Positions 1-9,849 of a stretch of 23,225 nt of DNA are shown here, piece after piece (the stretch's first letter is position 1; each line of letters starts with the position of its first letter). Source of the stretch: Octopus sinensis (Eukaryota); the NCBI RefSeq assembly GCF_006345805.1, contig NW_021836640.1:1-23225 (forward strand), written 5' to 3'. The notes under the pieces were generated by a model. That model had not been told where the DNA came from. It saw only the letters and a list, made by a program, of their open reading frames with translations, and did not search any database. The translations under genes and the position numbers were made by a program.

Positions 1-94
1 CTAGATTTATAAATTAAATATATCTATTATATATATAATATTCATATATGTAATATCTTTATATATGTATATATATGTAATACATACGTGTGTC

Positions 95-241
95 AAGTAG
101 CTTGCTTACCAACCACATGGTTCCGGGTTCATTCCCACTGCGTTTTCACCTTGGGCAGTGTCTTTTACTATAGCCTCGGGCGACCAAAGCCTTGTGAATG
201 GATTGTTAGATGGAAACTGAAAGAAGCCCGTCGTATATATG

Positions 242-293
<52 letters not shown>

Positions 294-512
294 TTGTGTG
301 TATATGTTTTGTTTGTGTGTCTGTTTGTCTCCCCAACATCGTTGGACAAACAATGGTGATGTGTTACGTCCTCGTAACTTAGCGTTCGGAAAAAGAAAGC
401 GATTTAGAATAGGTACTAGGCTTATAAAAAATAAGTCTTGGGGTCAATTTGCTCGACTAAAGGCAGTGCTCCAGCATGGTCGCAATCAAATGACTGAAGA
501 CAAGTAAAAGAG
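95..512 (+). mobile_element. SINE family A, slightly 5'-truncated copy with an expanded internal (TA)n
   Basis: Colinear with the copies at 2965-3372 and 8055-8447(-). It has a tRNA-like head (ggttccgggttca), a ttgggcagtgtctt core, internal (TA)n/(TG)n at about 235-320, and a tail ending ctccagcatgg...tgactgaagacaagtaaaaga. Confidence 0.85.
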
Positions 513-1130
513 TATATATATATATATATATGAAAATTTAGCAAAAGCAAAACAAACGGAAAGATTACCAAAACATAAGAAACAGAATATTCATATCTTA
601 TTCCTAATCAGTCAACGTCCAGATCACTACAATTTCGCACCTATATATATATATATTATATATATTCAGATGAATATGGTACTTAAGTTGAGGTACCAGA
701 ATTTAGTATGGTAATTATCCATACAATTTAAAATAAGCTGATTAAAATCAAAATAAGCAATTAGGAAATCCAGAAGTAATGCAGTGCGATCATTTTATGC
801 GACTCCATTTAATTGAACAATGCAATCCTTACAACAATTTAAAATGCAGAGCAATCCTCAGCTGCATAAAAACATAGAATTTAATAAAATTTGAAGGACA
901 CATTAGTATAATTTTAGTTAAAATCCCCAAGAGGATAGGCAGATAGGCAAAGAACATGTTTTACCAACAACTTCACAGTTGTAACTGAAATTTTTCAAAG
1001 AAGACACTGCTTTTCACAGATGATTTCTGTTATTTAGTTTTAATTACGGGGGAGGGGGCAGTTTTAATTTTATGGACTAGTTTATCAAATCTAGGAGATA
1101 CTGAGAGAAAGCTAATACTACCCTCTGTCT

Positions 1131-1277
1131 TCTCTCAGTTCAAATTCCGCCGAGGTCGACTTTACATTGCATCTTTTTGGGGTCGATAAAATAAGTACCA
1201 GTTTAACACTGGGCTTGATGCAATCGACTTATCCTCTCCCGCCAAAATGGCTACCCTTGTTGCAAAATTTGAAACCA

Positions 1278-1278
<1 letters not shown>
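1131..1278 (+). mobile_element. SINE family B, 5'-truncated, ending in (TTA)n
   Basis: agttcaaattccgccgaggtcgacttt...ggggtcgataaaataagtaccagt is shared with the copies at 6905-7304 and 12076-12305. Confidence 0.85.
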
Positions 1279-1640
<362 letters not shown>

Positions 1641-2124
1641 CGGTTGTTGTCTGTTAGTGTGTTTTTAGAATCTGCAGGATGAAGTTCAAAAACATGTCCA
1701 TCAAATACGTGCAGTGTTTCCTTCCTTTTATGCCACGGACATGTATTCCATATACGATTTTATTTAAATAAACAGAAACACCTCGTAAAATGTCTACATT
1801 GCCTTGAAAGCATTATTTACAATATGAAAAATGCTGCACCATATGCACAATAATCTATCACACATACCTCTATACATTGACTTCGAGTGCAAATCATGTC
1901 TACAGACAGCGGCAGAATAAATGTTCAACAAAAAATAATAACGGCAGAGTTGTTTTTAAACCTGTGGCTCTAACAACTACAATGAAATCGAACAAAAGAA
2001 GCAAATATTTTTGCTGTTGGCCGACAGTGTTAAGAATTCATCGTAAATATCCCCAGCATCAATGTGGTTTTTCTTTTTATCTGTTTCAATGAAGTCTTAC
2101 TATAGACAAGCAAAATGTTTCCTA

Positions 2125-2188
2125 CACACACACACACACGCCCCGCGTGCATGCATATACGTACATATATACATACATACATACATAA

Positions 2189-2231
<43 letters not shown>

Positions 2232-2302
2232 CAAATATACATATACATATATACACACACACACACCTAAACATATACATATATATGATATGCGTGCATG
2301 CC

Positions 2303-2333
<31 letters not shown>

Positions 2334-2414
2334 CACACGTAAACATTCATCCACCCTCCAACCAATCATCGACACATCCATCCATCCATCTATCCAAACA
2401 CACATATATAAATA

Positions 2415-2468
<54 letters not shown>

Positions 2469-2710
2469 ATATATATTTATAAAAGTGCATGTGTTTTGTA
2501 TGTTGTACACATATACATACATACATATATGTATGTATATATGCATATATTTATATTATAATATATATATTATATATATCATATATTATATTATATATAT
2601 ATATATATATATGTTAATATATATATATATATATATAATATAATATATACATATATACATATATAATATATATATGCATACATACATGCATACATACACA
2701 TACATACATA
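2125..2710. repeat. (TA)n/(CA)n/(TACA)n low-complexity region
   Basis: Directly visible dinucleotide and tetranucleotide runs. Confidence 0.95.
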
Positions 2711-2964
2711 CAGCCTTCAGTTGTAAACATTCTTAACATCAATGGCTCGTGCTTTGATGCACAGAATATTGAAGCAACTCTACCTATAGCGATCATTCTG
2801 TATTCCATTTGGGTGTTGCAGAGAGACGTGATGAGAGGACATTCCTTTCTTTTCCCACACCCCGCCACCCTGTTTTAATGTATGCATGAATGTAAGCAAA
2901 ATTGCATACTTACATTAAGACATACAGGTATACGTGCATTGTAAATACATGTGTATATGTTTGT

Positions 2965-3372
2965 AGGAGTGGCTGTGTGGTAAGTAGCTTGCTTACGAAC
3001 CACATGGTTCCGGGTTCAGTTCTACTGCGTGGCAACTTGGGCAAGTGTCTGCTATTATAGCCTCGGGCCGATCAAAGCCTTGTGAGTGGATTTGGCAGGC
3101 GGAAACTGAAAGAAGCCCGTCGTGTATATGTATGTATATATATGCATGTATGTGTGTGTATATGTTTGTGCGTCTGTGTTTGTCTCCCCAACGTCGCTTG
3201 ACAACCGATGCTGGTGCGTTTACGTCCCCGTAACTTAGCGGTTCGGCAAAAGAGACTGATAGAATATGTACTAGGCTTACAAAGAATAAGTCCTGGGTTG
3301 ATTTGCTCGACTAAAGGCGGTGCTCCAGCATGGCCACAGTCAAATTACTGAAACAAATAAAAGAGTAAAAGA
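2965..3372 (+). mobile_element. SINE family A, near full length
   Basis: Runs from ggagtggctgtgtggtaag through gggttcagttc to gagtaaaaga. High similarity to 95-512 and to the reverse complement of 8055-8447. Confidence 0.9.
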
Positions 3373-3612
3373 ATATATATCTATATATATATATATATAT
3401 ATATTATCTGTTACATGTATGTTTTCATACACACACGCATATACACACATACATATGGTTGTGGGTTTGAAATATCATCTGGACACCGGCTGTCATAAGT
3501 TAACATGTAGGGAGGTGTTTGTTAATAAGCATGTTCACACCCCAGTTAGCTTCAGAAGAAAACCTGTATATTTGATACCCACCTATTATGTAGAACGTTC
3601 CCTTCCTTCTAC

Positions 3613-3664
<52 letters not shown>

Positions 3665-3722
3665 CATCATTATTATCATCGTTATTATTATTGTTATTAT
3701 TATAATTATTTTTATCATTATA

Positions 3723-3755
<33 letters not shown>
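3613..3755. repeat. (TTA)n microsatellite
   Basis: Directly visible. Confidence 0.95.
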
Positions 3756-4172
3756 GAGTGAGAGAGCAGTGCATGCCATCAAAGTGACACTGGGGTAAAA
3801 TATACAATCCCAGTATACCCATCATGACTACCCGTCTGATAAGGGTACACTAGGCACATGCATCACAGCCATATGTGCGCGACATGGTGATCTCATATCA
3901 AGATAAACAGCACATGACCTTGCAGGTGGGGCCCAGTTAGAATTTTCTTCTGGTCGAGTAGCCCATCCTGCTCAAAAGGTCCCTGAATAAGGGTTGTTTA
4001 AGGATGCTGAACGAGTCACCCATGTTTCCAAAGGTGAATTATCCAAACCTCTAAGAATTCCTTTCAACACCCGGTTACGATGCTCCCCCACTACTTCTGT
4101 TCGTGATTAGAGATGCACATATAGTCAGCCACTAAGGGACATGCTCAACTGGTTAAGGTCAGAATATTTGCT
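3755..4172. mobile_element. Unclassified interspersed repeat (family D) abutting a (TTA)n array
   Basis: A ~420-bp GC-balanced block with no ORF that starts exactly at the end of the 3613-3755 (TTA)n tract. I recognise it as a recurring octopod repeat, but there is only one copy in the window, so this is not provable here. Confidence 0.45.
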
Positions 4173-4179
4173 TTATTGT

Positions 4180-5260
4180 TACTATCCATCGATATTCCGT
4201 AACACTGGTTTAGCTTCCTGAGTTCCAACCATCAACTTTATATTGCAAGTTTGCATAGACTCATGCCTGCTTTGTAGATACAAAATTGTTTTATGAAGTT
4301 ACTCCATCAACAGAGTAATGTCTGGTATTCTTTTGTGAAATAGGCTTTCTGTCAGCTCGTATCCTTCACGGAGATGCATTATGAGTAGTCGATAAAACGT
4401 GATATCTACTTGGCCTCTGCCGGCAATTCTCCGAAAGTAGACAGATTTGTAGTTTGTACAACATGCTTTCATTTTGTAGAGATCTAGAAGAGAATATGAA
4501 CACTGATAGACCGCTAGAGTCTTCCAGTTTGAAGAGTATGGATAGTTACCAATGTGTGAAAGCCTATACAAGCACGGATATTACAAACAACAGGGTATGT
4601 CAAAGATGCGGTAGGGCAAATAAAACTGTCAGACGAGCGTTCAAGTGTTCACCACTCATCTGTCTGTAGGATTACGTCGAACAATTGATGCGCCGTGTGG
4701 GAAAGATTAAATTGTCCATCGGGCTTAATCGTAAAGATCATTCTGTTGCTTTCTCTTAACAAGGAAGATCGTATACAGCGTTTTTGTACCTGGTGGCTAC
4801 AACAAAAGTGTTAGTGTGATGAACGAGGTTGAATTGTTTGAGGTCAGCTTGTTTATTTTCCCTCTTTACAAACGAAGCCGTTATTGTCTTCTTCCAGTAC
4901 CACTTGAAGAAAAAGGTGAGTGTGAGAGAAAGAAACGCCTGACCTTGGGTAAATTTTATGAAAGGGGAATAAGAGAGGCGAATTCATTGTGACTGGTTGG
5001 CTCAAAACTCGGGGTATTTTTTTTTTACTGAATGGCATTAAGGAGAAAGCACTCGCCTTTATCTTCAGATCAATCGGTGTTTTCAAGATGCCCCGATATG
5101 TCGTATGTTGTCAGGCACCTTTTAAGGTTATTGTTATATTTTAAGTATTTTAATGGAACAGATAGATATGTTTTATTTCCCTGATTTCTCTCACGATGTA
5201 GTGTTTTTATATTTGTATTTTTTGTCTTTGTAACGTTCTTTTTATTTTACTTTTCTGGAA
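4180..5260 (+). mobile_element. Degenerate L1/Tx1-clade LINE, ORF2 C-terminus plus 3' UTR
   Basis: Frameshifted peptides LPMCESLYKHG (about 4547), RVCQRCGRANKTVRRAF-KC (about 4591-4648, a decayed C-x2-C-x8-H-x4-C knuckle), DYVEQLMRRVGKIKLS, FLYLVATTK and FFQYHLKKKVSVRER. These fit the Tx1-type ORF2 C-terminal region. Many stops and frameshifts. Confidence 0.65.
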
Positions 5261-5266
5261 AAATTC

Positions 5267-5394
<128 letters not shown>

Positions 5395-5801
5395 AGACGG
5401 TGAGTCGGCAGAATAATTAGAACGCCGGACAAAATGCCTGGCGGCATATCATCCGTCTTTCCACTCTGAGTTCAAATCCCGCCGATGCTTATTGGCCTTT
5501 CACCTTTTGGGGGTTGATGAAACCGAGTATTACTTTAGTACTGGGGGTCGATGTAATCAAATATTCCGTTCTCACAAAATATCAGACCTTGTGCTTATAG
5601 TAGAAAGAATTATTATCCTGGCAGAACAGTTAGCATGTCGGACAAAATACTAAACAGCATTTCGTCCGTCTTTACGTTCTGAGTTCAGCTTTACCTTTCA
5701 TCCTTTCGGGGTCGATAAAATAAGTACCGATTGAGCATTGGAGTTGATGTAATCGACTCGTCCCCTACACCAACTTTTTCTAGCCTTGAACCTATAGTAG
5801 A

Positions 5802-5805
<4 letters not shown>
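5395..5805 (+). mobile_element. Two head-to-tail SINE family B copies (about 5395-5617 and 5618-5805)
   Basis: Each has a ggcagaa...ttagca/aacg head, ctgagttca, a cctttcatcctttcggggtcgataaa-like core, and a ...ctatagtagaaag(a/t)attatt tail. Confidence 0.85.
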
Positions 5806-5832
<27 letters not shown>

Positions 5833-6205
5833 GTTATAGACTTCGCACAGTATATTATACTGTGAGGTTGTTGATTGAAGATATTATGTCTACCCGGGGG
5901 GGGGGGGGGGTTGTACTGTTTGTCAAGTCACAACAAGGACCTCAGACAGACAGTACTTTACGCAATATGTGTGCAGTTCCAAGTAATGCCGACTTTTATT
6001 AGACATCTAGGTTGTAGGGTATCTCTAAGGTTTTTCAGATTGGGTGGTATTGAACCCAGTACTCCGATGACAATAGGGATGATTTTTATGTTTGCCACAT
6101 CTCAGTGATCACAATTCTCAGGTCACCATATTTATCAACCTTTTCTCTTTCTTTCATGTTTATATGTTGATCTCCTGGCACTGCCACGTCAATTATTAGG
6201 TACTC
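5833..6205 (-). mobile_element. R4/Dong-type (restriction-like endonuclease) non-LTR retrotransposon, 3' fragment with a (TAA)n tail
   Basis: The minus strand reads LIIDVAVPGDQHINMKEREKVDKYGDLRIVITEMW...IPIVIGVLGSIP...KSALLGTAHILRKVLSV*, with the stop at 5944-5942. The 3' UTR contains the hairpin cacagtat-aat-atactgtg and runs into (TAA)n at 5806-5832. Confidence 0.85.
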
Positions 6206-6251
6206 TTGTTTGTCTCACCTAAAGGTTACTATATCCGGCCTTCGGTGCTCT

Positions 6252-6312
6252 AAGGGTTAATAGGAGAAAGGGTTAATAGTAGAAAGGGTTAATATTAGAA
6301 AGAATTAATAGG
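6252..6312 (+). repeat. 16-bp tandem repeat, about 3.8 copies
   Basis: aagggttaataggaga / aagggttaatagtaga / aagggttaatattaga / aagaattaatagg. Confidence 0.9.
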
Positions 6313-6318
6313 CAAAAT

Positions 6319-7304
6319 AAGGCAACGAGCTGGCAATATCCTTGGCATGCCGCACTAAGTGCTTGGTGGTATTTCGTTCGTCTTGACGTTCTGAGTTCAA
6401 ATGCCGCCGAGGTTGACTTTGGCTTTCACCTTTACGGAGGTCGATAAGTACCAGCAGTAACAGTTGAACACTGACGTCAAGGTAATGGACTTATACCCTT
6501 TCCGTATATTGCTGACCTTGTGGTAAAGTTTGAAATCATTATTAGGTGGGTTAAATAAGTACCAGTTGAGTACTGGGGTCGATGTAATCGGCTAGCTCCC
6601 TCCCACCAAATTTCAGCCCTTGTGCCTATAGTTTAAAGGATTTGTTATTTGGCAGAATCGTTAGGGAATCGGAAAAAGATTACCTTAAGTTTATTTAGTC
6701 ATGTCACATTACGTACTGGGTTTAAATCCCGCTGATGTCAACTTTGCCCTTAATTCATTCGGGGGCCGATAAAATATAGTATCCGTCCAGTACTGAGGCC
6801 GATGTAATCGCTGACCCAGGACCGAAATTGGAAAGGATTATTATTATCACTGTTAAAGGAGTTGAGCCGGTAGAATCGGATTGCATAGCGGTATTTCGCT
6901 CGTCGGCAAGCTGGCAGAATCGTTAGCACGTCGGGCGAAATGCTTAGCGGTATTTCGGCTGCCGTTACGTTGTGAGTTCAAATTCCGCCGAGGTCGACTT
7001 TGCCTTTCATCCTTTCGGGGTCGATAAATTAAGTACCAGTTACACACTGGGGTCGATGTAATCGACTTAATGCCTATGTCTGTCCTTGTTTGTCCCCTCT
7101 ATGTTTAGCCCCTTGTGGGTAATAAAGAAATAGGTATTTCGCCCGTCGCTATGTTCTGAGTTCAAATTCCGCCGAGGTCGACTTTTCCTCTCATCCTTTT
7201 GGGGTCGATAAATTAAGCACCAGTGAAACACTGGCTCGATGCAGTCGACTGGTCCCTTCCCCAAGAATTTCAGGCCCTGTGCCTACTGCAGAAAGGATTA
7301 TTAT
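6319..7304 (+). mobile_element. Cluster of about 6 head-to-tail SINE family B copies and fragments
   Basis: Copies or fragments lie at about 6319-6543, 6544-6645, 6650-6848, 6856-6902, 6905-7139 and 7132-7304. All are on + and repeat the modules gagttcaaattccgccgaggtcgac / ggggtcgataaa / aagtaccagt / ctggggtcgatgtaatcg. Confidence 0.85.
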
Positions 7305-7780
7305 CGTTGCAAACATCATCGTCGTCGTCGTCGTGGTTACAGTTGTAATTTTACGGTCGAATGAATGGTAAAAATATACACCGGACTGATGTATAAAAGG
7401 AGTGGAGTAAAAAAAAATTTTTAAAGGGGAACGATGGAGTTATGAATAATGCTGATGATGATGCTGCTGCTAACTTTGAGGACGAAGGTGATGTTGATGG
7501 TGACAGTGGAGATGTTGGTATTGTTGTTGTTGTTGTTGGCGGTGGTGGTGTAGTCAGCAGTAAATTAATAAAAACATATCTCATTGTTCAATCTTCCCTG
7601 TATATTAATCAATCATTTGACGCCTGGACAGAATCACTTAAAAAGCAGCTGTGTTTAGATCTGATGGAACGTAAGGACAAACACAACAAAACAAACAAAA
7701 CAAAAACAAAAAAGAACAAAGAAAGAGAGGGGGAGAGATAAGGGGAGGGAGAGAAATGAGTATGTTTTTTTTTTTCACTT

Positions 7781-7830
7781 ATATTCTTTTAAGAGTTTCA
7801 GTAACTGGAGTACGGCCATGCTGGGGCGTG
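7781..7830 (-). mobile_element. SINE family A 3' tail fragment
   Basis: gtttcagtaactggagtacggccatgctgggg resembles the family A tail gtttcagtcatttgattacggccatgctggag. Confidence 0.5.
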
Positions 7831-7919
7831 ACATACACGTCAAGGAATTTCTTTCAGATGTCATATCAACCGCAGTATTTATTTAAATAAAGATGCGGGC
7901 TACGGACGTATGTTTACAC

Positions 7920-7936
7920 ATACACACTAACACAGA

Positions 7937-7968
<32 letters not shown>

Positions 7969-7990
7969 AACACACACACACACACACACA

Positions 7991-8044
<54 letters not shown>

Positions 8045-8045
8045 T
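7920..8045. repeat. (CA)n-(TA)n-(GA)n compound microsatellite
   Basis: Directly visible. Confidence 0.95.
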
Positions 8046-8054
8046 ACATATACT

Positions 8055-8447
8055 ATTTTACTCTTATAATTGTTTCAGTCATTTGATTACGGCCATGCTG
8101 GAGCACCGCCTTTAGTCGAACAACTCGACCCCAGGACTTATTCTTTGTAGGCCTAGAACTTATTCTATTGGTTTCTTTTGTCGAACCGCTAAGTTACGGG
8201 GATGTAAACACCAACATCGGTTGTCAAGCGATGCTGGAGGCACAAACACAGACACACAAGTACATACATACATATATAAACATATATATATATACGACAG
8301 GCTTCTTTCAGTTTCCGTCTACCAAATCCACTCACAAGGTTTTGGTCAGCCTGAGGTTATAGTAGAAGACACTTCCTCAAGGTGCCACGCAGTGGGACTG
8401 AATCCGAACCCATGTGGTTAGGAAGTGAGCTTCTTACCACCCACTAC
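8055..8447 (-). mobile_element. SINE family A, near full length, reverse orientation
   Basis: The reverse complement aligns along its length with 2965-3372 (ggccatgctggagcaccgcctttagtcg; cttctttcagtttccgtctaccaaatccactcacaagg). Confidence 0.9.
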
Positions 8448-9036
8448 TTTAATAATATATGTGTGCGTGCTTGCGCGCGCGCGCGTGTGTGTATGCGTGT
8501 GTGTGTGTGTGGTGTGTGTGTGTGGTGTGTGTGTGTGTGTTTGTGTGTCACGACTAAACCCTACCCCAAGTTACTGGAGAAAGGGGTTAGTGATCTGGGA
8601 ACAGTAGAATGCTTTGTTACTAGTTCCCAGCGAGTCACTGGTCCAAAGTCCTTTACACATCAAGAATGAATGACACAGGATGGCTTCTAATTCGGTGCAA
8701 ACGACTTAGTTCTCCCGAAACCACTTCAAAAGTATAGCATAACTTCTCTTGGTGCTTACACGCTTCATCGACACACATCGGTGGATAATACATACACCCA
8801 CACTCAAAGATACACACTCACACACAACCACCCACCCAAGCAAACACACACACACACACACAAAAATACTAATATAAACTCATAGTTGAATGCACATTTA
8901 CACATGTATACTCATTCGTTCATATTTCTATACATAAATATACAGTATTTCGAATGTTGCTTCCATATTGAAGGAATAGATTTTGTCTTCTAATCTATTT
9001 TTTCCTTTAATATACATAAATATCAATATGTACATA

Positions 9037-9064
9037 CTAGCAAACGCACCCGTCCTTTGGACGG
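9037..9064 (-). mobile_element. Helitron-like 3' terminus
   Basis: The minus strand has the hairpin ccgtcc-aaa-ggacgg (9064-9050), 9 nt, then CTAG (9040-9037) followed by T. This is the canonical Helitron 3' signature. The 5' TC end was not identified. Confidence 0.6.
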
Positions 9065-9849
9065 TTTAAGTTGCTCTGGTGGTAATTTTTTCCACCAAAT
9101 AATTCAACCACCGAGAACGTTTATGAGTAGCACGGCAATCTGTTTCCGATTAATCCAGGAACGGAAAATCAAATTGAAGGCTGGTGATTGTGGAGATCAT
9201 TGCACTTTAATGATCATAGAACATATAAGTTTGCAAGCGATGCAAAGTAGAGACACTGGAGTGTTTTGGGAGTAGATTACGGATAATGACTACAAAATAT
9301 AGTTGTTTTACATGAAAGCGAAATTTCTTGTCACAAACAGTCACATAAATGGTGTAAGGAAATTGAAGGAAGATGTTGAAAATTCCCTGCTGCGAGCTTA
9401 TTTTTTTCAACAGCAAAGGGAGCTATTTTTTTTCGGAGAGATAAGCTAACAAAAGCCCCTTTATTCTGTCTTCCCACATATCCTGTGCATAAACTAACAG
9501 CGAATGCTGCATAAAGTTCAATTGGTATGCAGCTTTCTGAAAGATACGAATAGATTCACTAGTGGAAGCAAAACTCTTATTTTAAGGTTGATTCTTTGGG
9601 ACGATTCATGTGATTGTTTAAAAAAAGGCAAGAATGACAATGCTAAAACGTATTTAAAATAATGGACTACAGTCAATTATCACAATGGATGGGTAAATAA
9701 GCATCTTCAAAGTGAAACAACGCATTGGTAGGTAAACAAAAGTGTCAACGAATAGAAGAGCGAGAAGGGAACATAACTTTTCAAGTAACTCAGAATAGGT
9801 AAAGGTAAGCTTGCCAAAGTTTAATGTAGCTTAAATATGGAGATTAAGA

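Noticed and set aside
930-1000. Possible minus-strand hammerhead remnant (ctgtgaag...aaaacatgttc)
   Set aside because: Both core boxes need edits and stem II does not pair, so it is indistinguishable from chance.
1669-1860. Cys-containing peptide KTCPSNTCS after a tttttAG, considered as a VWC fragment
   Set aside because: That frame has a stop just upstream, and the cysteine spacing does not fit VWC.
4299-4571. 90-aa minus-strand ORF
   Set aside because: It is antisense to the L1/Tx1 remnant that explains the region.
9057-9275. ORF with GLSCSGG...QPP resembling a Helitron N-terminal motif
   Set aside because: The similarity is too short, and it is on the opposite strand to the Helitron 3' terminus.
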